Positions 1 through 11,401 of a stretch of 64,000 nt of DNA are shown in pieces. The notes under the pieces were generated by a model, which was given only the letters and a program-made list of their open reading frames with translations, ran no database searches and was not told the origin of the DNA. A program made the translations under genes and the position numbers. Within the stretch, counting starts at the first letter, position 1. The number at the start of each line of letters is the position of its first letter. The DNA is taken from contig OZ024742.1 of NCBI GenBank assembly GCA_964016885.1, forward strand, positions 312,728,001 through 312,792,000, given 5' to 3'. This stretch comes from Eledone cirrhosa. Its lineage: Eukaryota.

Positions 1-257
1 GAATGTAAAGAGCCATAACTAAATGCTACAAAGCATTTTGTTCAACACTCTAATAATGCTACCAATGTTAACATCATAAATATTTTACTTGTTGAGAGTG
101 AGTAAAATATATTTGCGTAATTATGAGTTGTATGGCTCTCTTTATTAACTTATCAAAATAGTTACACAAAAATGTTACTTCCAAATTATTTCAGAAATAT
201 ATATATATGATATAGGTGATTATAGTGGAGTATACCACTATTATTGTTGGTAAGGTG

Positions 258-392
258 AAAGAAACTCTATGCACATGAACATCCTCAGTTCATCAGGGGT
301 TTATGAATAAGTCATATATATATATATATGACTTATTCAGCTGTTTTAAACCCCTAATGAACTGAGGATGTTCATGTGCATAGAGTTTCTTT
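258..392. repeat. Inverted repeat (~55-bp arms) centred on a (TA)n tract
   Basis: aaagaaactctatgcacatgaacatcctcagttcatcaggggttta...gaataagtcatata is mirrored by tatatgacttattc...taaacccctaatgaactgaggatgttcatgtgcatagagtttcttt. Confidence 0.85.
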
Positions 393-399
393 CATATAT

Positions 400-3146
400 A
401 AATACCTCCCCCATGAAGAATGCACCTCCCAAAATAGACTGATAATTAGCAACCTAATAGTCAGGACGAGACGTACTAGACAGCAGAAGATGACTATCCT
501 CAGGAGAAAAATATGGAAGCTAAAGGACCCCACAGCCAGAAATAAATTTAAAAGCATACTACTTGATGCTTTCGACAGTAAGGAAGAGCAATTAGAGTCG
601 TACAATATAGAGGAACAGTGGGAATTCCTGAAAGCAAACCTGCTGATGGCGGCAGACGAAGTCTGTGGCTGGAGCAGGCCTGTAGGCAGGAGGAGAGTAA
701 CATGGTGGTGGAACAGTAAGGTGGAGGAGTCAATTAAGGCCAAAAGCAGGCTTGGAAAGTATGGCGGGATGGGGTAAGTAGAGAAGACTATCAAGTGGCC
801 AGGAGGGAAGCTAGGAGACAAGTGTACTTTGCAAGAAGGGAAGCAGAGGAAAGAAAGTTCAAGCATGTTCTACAATGCGAGGACCAAAAACGTGAGGTGT
901 TCAGGATTGCTAGGGAATGTGTCAAGGAAAACCGTGATATTGTCGGGGAGAAGTACTTAATGATGACGGCGTACTTGCCATCGCCGACACTGATAAGAAG
1001 GTAGCTTGGAAGTGTCACTACGAAAGGCTACTAAATGAGGAGAATAAATGGGAAAAAGACAGTCTCCCCCCACATCGACCCAATAGAGGGACCAGCAGTG
1101 TTAGTCGAGGGTAGTATAATAAGTAAGGCAATCAAAGATATGAAGATGGGTAAGGCGGCTGGGCCTTCGGAAATAGTTGCTGAGATGCTGAAGGCATCTG
1201 GAACGGTGGGACACACCATGGTCACCTGGATAGTTAACCAAGTCGTACAGAATGGGGTTGTTCCGAAGGACTGGCATAGCAGCATCATCATTAACTGTTA
1301 TAAGGGTAAAGGAGATGCCCTAGATAGGAGTAACTATAGAGGCATTAAATTAATCGACCAAGTCATGAAGGTCACGGAAAAAGTAATAGCGCAACTAATC
1401 AGAGAGAGAATTGATCAAGATGAAATGCAGTTCGGGTTTGTGTCAGGCAAAAGTACCACAGACGCTCTTTTCATTGTACGACAACTACAGGAGAAGTACC
1501 GGGCTAAAAGTAAACCCCTATACTTAGCTTTTGTCGACTTGGAGAAAGCCTTCGACAGAGTCCCCTGTTCCATTATCTGGTGGGCTCTTAGAAAACTAGG
1601 TGTTGACGAATGGCTTGGGAGAGCTATACAAGCCATGTATAAAGAAACAGTGAGCAAGGTTAGAATTAACAACGAATATAGTGAAGAGTTTAGCGTAAAA
1701 GTTGGTGTCCATCAGGGCTCTGTTCTTAGCCTCCTACTATTTATTATTGCCCTTCAGGCTATAACAGAGGAGTTCAAGACCGGCTGCCCATGGGAACTCC
1801 TATACGCAGATGACCTAATGCTCATAGCTGAATCAATAGCTGAACTAGAGAAGAAATTCCAAACATGGAAGCACGGCCTAGAATCAAAAGGCCTTAAAAT
1901 TAACCTGGCTAAGACTAAAGTTCTAGTTTGTAAGAAAGAAAATAAGGCGGCGGTCCCTTCCGGGAAGTGGCCATGCTCAGTGTGTAGGAAAGGCGTAGGT
2001 AGAAACTCCATTTTATGTCCCAAATGCAAAGTATGGGTGCATAAAAGATGTAGTGGGATCACAGGTAAGCTAACTAAGAACATAGATTTTACATGTGGCC
2101 GGTGCTCTGGTGCAATAAGTAGCAGCAAGTGCATACAGAATACTAGCTCCTTCAACTAAGCAGAAGGTTCTATAGAAATAGTGGACAGCTTCCGTTACCT
2201 GGGTGACAAAATCAGCAGTCGGGGAGGGTGCTCTGAAAGTACAGTAGCTAGAGTCAGAACTGGATGGAAAAAGTTCAGAGAGCTTATACCACTATTAGCC
2301 GCTAAAGGGTTCTCCCTAAAAATGAAAGGCAGGTTGTATGATGCCTGCATATGAACAGCAATGTTGCATGGCAGTGAGACCTGGGCATTGTGTGCAGAGG
2401 ATATACGCAGACTAGAGAGGAACGAAGCTTGCATGCTCCGCTGGATGTGTAATAGTAATATACGTGAACGGCAAAGCATAAACGAACTAAGGAAAAAATT
2501 AGAAATAAGAGGGATCAGATGTTGTTTACTTGAGAGAAGGCTACGTTGGTATGGTCACGTGATGTGCATGAAAGACGACAGCTGGATAACAAAGTGCAGG
2601 GCAATAAAGATAGACAGTAGCCACGGAGTAGGCAGACCCAGAAAAACCTGGGACGAGCTGATAAATTCCGACCTCACACACTTACACCTCTCCAAGACAA
2701 TGTCACTGGACCGAGACCTATGGCGGTACTCAGTAATAGAGAAGACCCGCCTTACCTAAATACAAAGTAAAACCTACTACAGTCAGTAGGCATCTCTAAC
2801 AAAATACACCCCGTCCCACCACCCCACCCCATCCACACCGCCCCTTTCAATGTAAAGTTATGTTGGTGCCACAACATCCAGGCCGAAACAAATGAGATCG
2901 TGTAGGTGTCACGACAAAAAAACACACAGTCCACGCTGTAATGTGGCCGTGTAGGCAACACGGTAAAAACCTCCCAGCCCCACACTGTAAATGTGGTTGG
3001 TGTTAGGAAGGGCATCCAGCTGTAGAAAACCCGCCAGACAGTCCTATGCGAGCAAGACAATCACTCTTGCCTCAAGTGGGAAAACCCCCATCCAAACCCA
3101 TGCAAGCGTGGAACACGGACGTTAAACGTTGATGATGATGATGATG
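400..3146 (+). mobile_element. RTE-clade non-LTR retrotransposon, 5'-truncated and disrupted (RT + PHD-type finger)
   Basis: ORFs 376-777, 795-1004, 1035-2159 and 2361-2759 form one broken ORF with RT motifs NYRGIKL, QFGF, AFVDLEKAFDRV, GVHQGSVLS, LLYADDL and GRPRKTW. Frameshifts near 745 and 955; stops near 2157 and 2353; (GAT)n tail at 3130-3146. Confidence 0.95.
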
Positions 3147-3147
3147 A

Positions 3148-3516
3148 AACTGGAGCAATGTGAAATAAAGTGTCTTGCTCAAGGAAAAAACACATCACCC
3201 GGTCTGAGAATTGGCCTTGCAATCGAAAGGTTATGAGTTCAATTCTCAGACGGGTGATGTGTTGTTTCCTTGAGCAAGACACTTTATTTCACATTGCTCC
3301 AGTTTACTCAGCTGTAGAAATGAGGTGATAGGGACTGGGGTCCCTATCATTCCACTGCAAAGTGGTCGTGGAGGTGCCAAGGCAAAAATGTACCCAGCAC
3401 TCACTGTAAATGAGGTTGGTGTTAGGAAGGGCATCCAGCTGTAGAAATTAAGCCAGAATCAGTTCCTGACCCACCCTTGCAAGCAGGGAAAAGGGGACGT
3501 AGAATGATGATGATGA

Positions 3517-3519
<3 letters not shown>
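3148..3519 (+). mobile_element. tRNA-derived SINE (family B) with RTE-type 3' tail and inverted 5' duplication
   Basis: B-box-like gagttcaattc and body ccttgagcaagacactttatttcacattgctccag. The tail cactgtaaatgaggttggtgttaggaagggcatccagctgtagaaa...(gat)n is shared with the RTE 3'UTR. 3148-3213 is the reverse complement of ~3240-3304. Confidence 0.8.
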
Positions 3520-3576
<57 letters not shown>

Positions 3577-3784
3577 CAAGAAAGAAGATTGTCATGGTTC
3601 ACATCGCTGACAATTCTTTCTTTGATCTGGCAGGTCTAGAGTTCGCTATACGCCTGATTTTGCGCCAATCGATCTCCAATACTTTGTTTATAACCAGTCT
3701 GTTTCATCGGAGCGGGTGAAATGAAGTGGACTACATCTAAGTGGACTGCCATAACGATAACCTGTTATCCCATATATATATATA

Positions 3785-4448
3785 CTAGCAGCAGTACCCA
3801 GCGTTGCCTGGGTAGGTAAAATAATATCTGCTTTGATGAAAAGGTGTTGATCTTAGCGATTGCGAGTTTCTTGAAAATCGGTCGTAAGGTGTAACAAATG
3901 GCGAAATGTTGAGTGAAATCGTATGGAATATGGGGGAGGTGGAAAAATTCGTATTTTGAAGAGTTAAACAGCTGCCACGCCGTCCCTGAACAAAAAAATG
4001 TAAAGTGCAAAACTACTATAAGATGTGCAATGATAGGTTCTATCGTAGTATAAAAGTTGAACCAAATAAATTGATTTATGTGTGAGGTGGAGCCGAAGTT
4101 TCGAATATGAACGAAATCGGTTGAAAAATGTGGGAGCTAGAGCCGAAAAGGGGGAAATTTGAGCGAAAAGGTAGTATTTTCGAATATTTAAGCAGCTGCC
4201 ACGCCATTCCTGAACAAAAAATCTAAAATGTAAAGCCACTTTAAAACGTGAAATAATCAGATCTAGCGTAGTGTAACATTTGAAGAAAGCAGAGTTACCC
4301 CGGAATACAAAAACGATACGCTGATATATAGAAAATACTCCCCGATGACTAATCTATGAGCCTGTAAGGTTTCATGAAAATCAGTCGTAAGATGTAGGCC
4401 CCTATAGGTAATACACAGACACACACACACATACTTAATTTTATATAT

Positions 4449-4455
<7 letters not shown>
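3785..4455 (-). mobile_element. Non-autonomous Helitron
   Basis: Minus-strand 3' end is the hairpin cccaggcaacgctggg followed by CTAG|T at 3785-3788. The 5' end runs into TATATATAAAATTAAGTATGTGTG, like the other two Helitrons. Internal ~40-bp duplication at 3966-4005 and 4190-4235. Confidence 0.75.
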
Positions 4456-4524
<69 letters not shown>

Positions 4525-4663
4525 TATAATTGGAGCTCTGAAATAGCAATATATATATGGATGTATATATAATGTATTTTGCAATACACTTTATGCTTAA
4601 TTAAAAGCATTTTGAAGACCGTAAGCTATTGTTTTTTAGAGTAGTGACAAATTCACTTACTTT

Positions 4664-4758
4664 GATCTCAGCAAACAGGGGAGATAAGCCGACAAGGCCT
4701 TGTTTCACTTTTGTTGAAGCTTATCAAGGCTAACTACTCCCACCTGTCTACCGAGATC
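4664..4758 (-). ncRNA. Type I hammerhead ribozyme, U3-A8 variant (minus-strand copy)
   Basis: Reverse complement reads AGCC-UUGAUAA-GCUUCAACAAAAGU-GAAA-CAAGGCCUUG-UC-GGCU, with a G-U at the base of stem II. Confidence 0.75.
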
Positions 4759-5133
4759 ACTGATGTTATATTCTTATAGAATTCTAGTAAATAATCAGGA
4801 GCTGATTATGCAGAACGGTTGTCGGTCAGGCAGAAATTAAAAATTAGAATTGGAGCTCTGAAATAGCAATATATATATGGATGTATATATAATGTATTTT
4901 GCAATACACTTTATGCTTAATTAAAAGCATTTTGAAGACCGTAAGCTATTGTTTTTTAGAGTAGTGACAAATTCACTTACTTTGATCTCAGCAAACAGGG
5001 GAGATAAGCCGACATATATATATTGCTATTTCAGAGCTCCAATTCTAATTTTTAATTTCTGCCTGACCAACAACCGCTCTGCATAATCAGCTCCTGATTA
5101 TTTACTAGAATTCTATAAGAATATAACATCAGT

Positions 5134-5228
5134 GATCTCGGTAGACAGGTGGGAGTAGTTAGCCTTGATAAGCTTCAACAAAAGCGAAACAAGGCCTTGT
5201 CGGCTTATCTCCCCTGTTTGCTGAGATC
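5134..5228 (+). ncRNA. Type I hammerhead ribozyme, U3-A8 variant, extended stem I
   Basis: AGCC(5161)-UUGAUAA-GCUU/CAACAA/AAGC-GAAA-CAAGGCCUUG-UC(5201)-GGCU. Flanks GAUCUCGGUAGACAGG(U)GGGAG and CUCCC-CUGUUUGCUGAGAUC pair to extend stem I. Confidence 0.85.
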
Positions 5229-5331
5229 AAAGTAAGTGAATTTGTCACTACTCTAAAAACCAATAGCATACGGTCTTCAAAATGCTTTTAATTAAGCATA
5301 AAGTGTATTGCAAAATACATTATATATACAT

Positions 5332-5372
<41 letters not shown>

Positions 5373-6596
5373 TACACACATACATACATAGATATAAATA
5401 TCATCATCATATCACTGTTATCATCCATTTTTCCATGCTAGCATGGGTTAGACGAGTTGTCCCATTGTGAGACAAACCAAATCAGGTGACCATGTCTTGC
5501 TCATACAGAACTCTTTCTGGCTTGGTTTCTATGGCTGTATTACCTTCCTAACACCAACTTTTCCTTTCCCACAAATTTGCTGGCCCTGTGCCTAAAATAG
5601 AAATCAATATAATAAGTAAAATATAATACTGTTCCATTACTTTAAATTTTATATGAAATATCACAATCCTTAGATGATGTTTCAGTAAAGAAGTATTTCA
5701 TTTTAAATACTGTGTTTATATGACTAGTGTTTGGTAACAAAGGTAATGTGTGTTGTTGTTTAGCCTTAGATCAGTTCTGATGAAATACATTTGTCACTAA
5801 ATATATTCCAGCCATGATCATTTCATTTTAGTTTCAGGAGAACTATAGTGATATATGTAGGAAAGCTATTAAGGTTTGATATGAGCAAGCCTGTCACCAA
5901 GGGGGTCTATGAGTCAAAACTGTTTGTTTTAAACTCCCTACTTTTCAATAATACACTCTCAGATTTAGAAAAATTCATGGTGATATGTTTATTCTGAAAC
6001 TCTGCCTTAGAATTATTGTGAATTAGAGTGCCCACCCAGAACTTTTCAAAGCCCCAGTGCCAAGAACCAAAGCTTAGCAAGGGGTCTGGTCTGGATAAGG
6101 GATCAATTAAAGATGTGCTTTGGTGCCTATGAAACTGTGGTGTAAGTTACATAGACTGTGTAAAGCATTAATTATCTACCTAAAAACAGAGAGAGAGATA
6201 GATAGATATATAGAGAGAGGGAGGGGGATAGATAGAGAGAGAGAAAGAGAAGTGAAAGAATTCTGGCCAGATATAGCTAGTTTAAATGCTAAAGGATGAA
6301 CCTTCTTGGTATCAAACTGCTTGAAAGCATCCCTGGGTCTATGAGTCAAAACTGTTTGTTTTAAAGTGTTTATATTCATTTTAAAATCTTCTATCATAAT
6401 TTTATGTTTTCTTCTTTGTCTTTGAATTGGTTTCAAGTTGTTCACCTGATCAAGATCAGAGATCAGAGATCAGAGATCAGTTTCCAGGGCCCACCTCAAA
6501 GAGGTCATCAAACTCGAGCCACATCACAATTTCATATAGGTACCTTTGTTAAGTTGTCTTTTAAGCACCAGATAAATAATGATTTCTTTATTTAAT

Positions 6597-6752
6597 AATG
6601 GTTTCCGATTTAGGCACAAGGCCAGCAATTTTGGGGGAGGGGAAAGTCGATTAAATCGACCCAGTGCATTACTGGTACTTTTTTTATTGACCCCGTAAGG
6701 ATGAAAGGCAAAGCTAACCTCGGTAGGATTTGAACTCAGATCATAAAGGGGC
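6597..6752 (-). mobile_element. tRNA-derived SINE (family A), partial
   Basis: Reverse complement of ctgagttcaaatcc...ggttagctttgcctttcatccttacggggtcaataaa...gtaccagtaatgcactggg...gctggccttgtgcctaaa. Confidence 0.8.
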
Positions 6753-6776
6753 AATCTGAGTTTCTTTATTTAATAA

Positions 6777-8068
6777 TAGCAGTTTAGCTCGGCGTTGCTC
6801 GGGTTTGTTCATTTGCTATGAAAAGTTACATACAGGTAAACGTGGCTTGAAAGCGAATAAGCTTATCAATTAAGTGCATAAAGCAGTTGAACTGGTTATT
6901 AAAAGTTACGAACCAATTATCATTTTGGACAATCAATGATGGGTTAATAATCTTCGAATAGCGAATTTAGCAGACCAAAGTTGCAAGATGGTGGCCCTGA
7001 TGCCGCTGGGTGTCAGATCTGTCCACCATGGGTGACCCTACCAGGAAATAGTTTTCCAGACGGCATAGCTCCAACACCTCCAACAGCTGCACCAACATCT
7101 ATAGCACCTCTTTGTAGACGATATTGCGTGTCATCCCTTGAGGAGTGTAAGCAAAAAGTCCATTCCTGCTCCCTACGCGGGAACAGGCAACATAAAGTTG
7201 GCCATGGGAGAAGCATGGCTCCCCCAAATGGATGCTCACCACCGACAATGTTTGCCCTTGTGACTTGTTAATGGACATGGCAAAAGAATTGGGATCGCCA
7301 GAAATCGAACAGGATATCTGACGCCAAGGGGAAAAGGTTCATCCTTAGCAGTGTATTCGGCAGAATTGCAGAAGTACAACACTATGGGTGTTGTCATATC
7401 AATATTTAATCAATGAAAGTCGCAACAAATAAATAATTTAAACATTCCGATTCATATGTCTATAGCATTAATCTGTTATATGAAGTGTTATTTTGCGGGT
7501 TGTTATTTGCAATAAGCCGATTTAAAATACCCCAGAAAAGCTGTATGTCAATACAGAACTCCAATGACTCCCCTAGCAGTTAAATTATAGAGGGGCGGGG
7601 GATAATCTATTATAGAGAGAGGGAAGAGCAATGGAGAGAGTAAAGCTAAGAAACTATAGCGAGGTGTGTTAAACCTCAAAGCATGAAGAGAGTAAAGCAG
7701 TTAATTATAGAGAGGGGGAATGATCTATTATAGAGAGAGGGAAGAGCGACGGAGAGAGCGTTATGACTGTTTGTTGTTGTATAAAATGATGTGTTGCTTA
7801 GTTTTCAAAGTTTATGTCACATTCCTGAACAAAGTTTTATCGCTGTTGGGTAGTAGAGAGAGGTAATAAGCGTGTAAGAGAGAGGGTTACAGCATGTATT
7901 AAGTTTTTTCGATTTTTTTCATAGAAGCAGGACATTTTTGGCAAAGTTTATTACGCGTTGACCATCGTTGGTAAATTTGGAGCACATTGGAAAAAAAATC
8001 ATCAAAATCGGTAGAGAATTGTGGAAATGCATAAAAATCATATGACAGACATCTTCCATATATAGAGA
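6777..8068 (-). mobile_element. Internally deleted Helitron retaining the PIF1 helicase C-terminus
   Basis: 3' hairpin cccgagcaacgccgag near 6787-6803; 5' TCTCTATATATGG near 8068; helicase remnant on the same strand; internal ~100-bp duplication at 7576-7760. Confidence 0.85.
7099..7340 (-). pseudogene. Helitron RepHel PIF1-helicase C-terminal fragment
   Basis: Manual translation [62 protein letters not shown] gives SF1/PIF1 motifs V-VI and the typical Helitron C-terminus. Confidence 0.9.
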
Positions 8069-8551
8069 TAATGAAAAATAATGAGAAAGTTAGTTATCTT
8101 ACTAAATTCCTCTAAATTCATGATTATTTAAAAAATTGTTTAAAAATCATAAGCAGTATCTTTTATTAGAAATATAACTATCTAACATTGAGTTGTAATT
8201 ATCATCATCATCGTTGTCACAGAGTTCCAGTTGATCAAATAGCCGAACCACCTGCTCATGAAATTAATGTGTAAATGGCTGTGTATAGACACAGGCACCT
8301 TTATCATAGTTAACCCAACCCTGAATGAAACCAACATTTTATGAAAACTTTGGAAGGATTCAGTAGTATAGGTTCTCATTATCAAGCTGGGGCATGAAAT
8401 ATATCTTAAAGGTTTACATAAAATTATGATGGAATGTTTGTAGATAAACACAATTTAAAATTTGTTCTAATAAACCAGGGGTAGTTTGGGGCTGTTTGGT
8501 ATCAAAAGGGTTAAACTAGATATTAGCATTCCTAGATGTTAATATTCATTG

Positions 8552-8587
<36 letters not shown>

Positions 8588-9321
8588 TTAATGTCTGCTT
8601 TCCCTGCTAGCAAGGGTTGGATGGGTCTACAGAGACCCCTGCTCTATTGCAAACATTCAGGCTGGTTTGAGGATATTTTCATTCCCCCCCCCCCCCCCCC
8701 CCCCCCCAGTCTCAGAAGCCCTAAAAAAGAAAATATAATGGTCACTGACACTGCCCTTTCTCCTGACTAAGCAATAAAGATAAATACTTAACAACATGAT
8801 ATTTTGTTTGGCACTATTTTTTCTATCATTTCATTGACCTTCAACTCTATAAATGTTAAATTTCTAAAACCAACCACTGAATCAAATCTATTTTCTGATG
8901 ACCCATGAAAATTAGGAATACAACAATAAACATTTTTACATTCATTTTCCCAGCTAAAACCTTATGGGCTTCATGACAAGCTTCTCCATTTTCTCCTATT
9001 CTCTACATTCCTTTCCCCCAGCCCTTGGCTTTCATATCTTCCTCCACCATCGTTAGTTATGTCTCTCTTGGTCTTCCCCTTCCTTTACTTTCATTTCCAT
9101 CAATCTCCTCACCCAGTCACTGTTGTCTTTCAAAACATCACCTAAACATCTTATTCCAGTTTCATTTTGTAACATTCATCACTGGCTCTATTCCCATCCC
9201 TTTCTACTGCTCATTGTTTATCTCTCTCAACAATACTCTACTGAACCATTTTCATTTCCATTCTTCCTTACACATTTATTTCCATTGTGCCTCTCATCCA
9301 GTTTCTTTCATCTTTGATTAA

Positions 9322-9540
9322 CCCTATAGCATTTACATTACTCTATATTTACTATTGTATTTTCACAGTAAAGGTTTTACCTCACATAATTATCTCACAT
9401 GATATTGGATCTGAGATTTTGATATTATTTATTTTGAAAACAATACCTTAACATCAGTATGAGAGGAGGCTGGTTTCAACCAATTTGAATAGAGAGAGGT
9501 GAGAGAATTCTGACCAGATACGGCCGGTTTAAATGGTAAG
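9322..9540 (+). mobile_element. piggyBac-type MITE (~220-bp family)
   Basis: TTAA-ccctatagcattta start, conserved internal sequence, decayed right TIR. Confidence 0.7.
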
Positions 9541-9839
9541 ATTATTCCAAGTTAATCTTGTACCAATTCTCTAAAGCTTGGCAAGTTGAAATGTCTTGAG
9601 TAAAGAGACTTTCTCAACAACACACTAAATCTCCTGGAGAAGATTTGAACACATGTTCACTGAATACATCAGTTGAAAAATTCAATACCACATCCATTCA
9701 GTTGGAATGTCTCTACATTAAATTAGTATTTACATCAGAAATGTTTAATAAAATTACGATTTATCCATAATTTACTTTCTACGACTTAATAAAGATATTT
9801 ATACCACTTATCATTGGAAATCTACTGAAATTATATTTT

Positions 9840-9889
<50 letters not shown>

Positions 9890-10696
9890 TATTGTTGTTT
9901 TGTTTTGTTTTTTAGATTTTTAATTTCACCTTAAAAGATTTAATAAAGGTATTTATTATCTATGAAAAAATCTTTTAAATTATTTCTTCCTCTGGATTTT
10001 ATCATTTTAGATATGAATTTATTTTTTATTTTCAAATATTGATGTTTTATCTTTTAAAATTTTAAATATTATAATCCCTTTTGAATTTATCTTTCACAAA
10101 TCTAATTTACCTTTACAGGCATTTTCAATTTGATAAGCTAATTTTATAAGGATAAAGTGTATTTTGTTGATGTTTTTTGGTTTGTTTTGTATCATTTGAA
10201 ATTATTTTTAATAAACTTTCCAAACTTTGAGAATTATCACCACCATCACCACCACCACTAACAACAATAACAACAACAACAACAACAGTAACATCAAAAT
10301 CATCAATACCAACATTTCTACATCAAAACTACTTCTAACATCACTATCAACATCAGAAATGATCTCTGAGAAATTTATCAGTAGCATCTCTGGTCAACAT
10401 TATTATCATCATTATTAGTTAACCTGATTGACCTTTGTCATTATCCAACTCATCATCATTATCATCTTTGTCATTATCGTTGTTGACATTGTTGTTGCTG
10501 TCATCATCCACATTGAGAACAACAATAACACCTCCTCCATCTCTATCACTTCCACTCAGCTACCACCATCGCCTTATCTGTCACTACCACTATAAACAAA
10601 CACCTAAACACTACTGCCACCTAGTTCAGTTGAGCTCAACCTTTATCAATTATGTCTATGTCCTTGTTAACATATCCATGGTTATCATCTTTGGCA

Positions 10697-10697
10697 A

Positions 10698-10734
<37 letters not shown>

Positions 10735-10742
10735 TTCACCAC

Positions 10743-10776
<34 letters not shown>

Positions 10777-10885
10777 TTCATTATCGTCTTCATCATCCCC
10801 TTCATCACCGATATCATCATCAGCAACATCATCTTCACTATCATCATCATCATCATGATCATCTTCATCATGATCATCAACATTA
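10697..10885. repeat. (CAT)n microsatellite region
   Basis: Long imperfect catcat tract; source of the poly-I/S/M ORFs. Confidence 0.9.
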
Positions 10886-11073
10886 ATTTTGGGGAAGAGG
10901 AATGTCGATTAAATCAACCCCAATGCATTACTGGTACTTTATTTTATCAACCCTGTAAGGATGAAAGGCAAAGCTAACCTCGGCAGGATTTGAACTCAGA
11001 TTGTAAAGGGGCATAACCCTATGTCATATAGCATGTTGTCTGGCGCTCTACCGATTGTGCCAACCCGCCACTC
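10885..11073 (-). mobile_element. tRNA-derived SINE (family A)
   Basis: Matches the family A consensus on the minus strand, including head agtggcgggttggcacaatcgg and B-box gagttcaaatcc. Confidence 0.8.
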
Positions 11074-11401
11074 TAAATGTTTATGCGTAAATTAAAAGTT
11101 TACAAGTGTACATTAAAAACAAAAAAAAGCATATGCTGTATAAAGAGAGACACCCATGGTTAAACCCTGGGCCCCTCTCTTTAAAATGAACTGGAAAACA
11201 GTTCAACTAGTTTTGCTGGTTTATCAGGAGTATTTACGTTATTCTGTCCTTTCGGCACAACATTGTTTATTATAGGCATGCATGTAAACTTACAATTTAT
11301 CTATATACACACACATGGATGGACTATTCAGTGCTGATATATACACACACATATAAATTGGGAGTTACCAGTTCAGACTAGTAAGACCATTGTTTAGTTT
11401 A

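Larger units (their letters stand above)
4528..5335. mobile_element. 320-bp hammerhead-bearing repeat: 1.5 tandem copies plus one inverted monomer (retrozyme / Penelope pLTR-like)
   Basis: tggagctctg recurs at 4531 and 4851 (period 320). 5014-5335 is a reverse-complement permuted monomer. Flanked by (TA)n. Confidence 0.85.

Noticed and set aside
1415-2479. Recurrent antisense ORFs such as MKELVFC... and MLCRSRILL... in several places
   Set aside because: They are shadow frames of the RTE ORF and recur only because the copies are near-identical.
400-3146. RT as retron, group II intron, DGR or telomerase
   Set aside because: Motifs, 5' truncation, (GAT)n tail and multiple dispersed copies indicate a non-LTR RTE element.
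6981-7271. Listed ORFs 6981-7271 (+) and 7013-7216 (-)
   Set aside because: They are wrong frames over the Helitron helicase remnant.
10435-10977. 180-aa hydrophobic ORF and poly-S/M ORFs (similar at 47.3-48.5 kb)
   Set aside because: They derive from (CAT)n/(GAT)n/(TTA)n tracts and SINE sequence.
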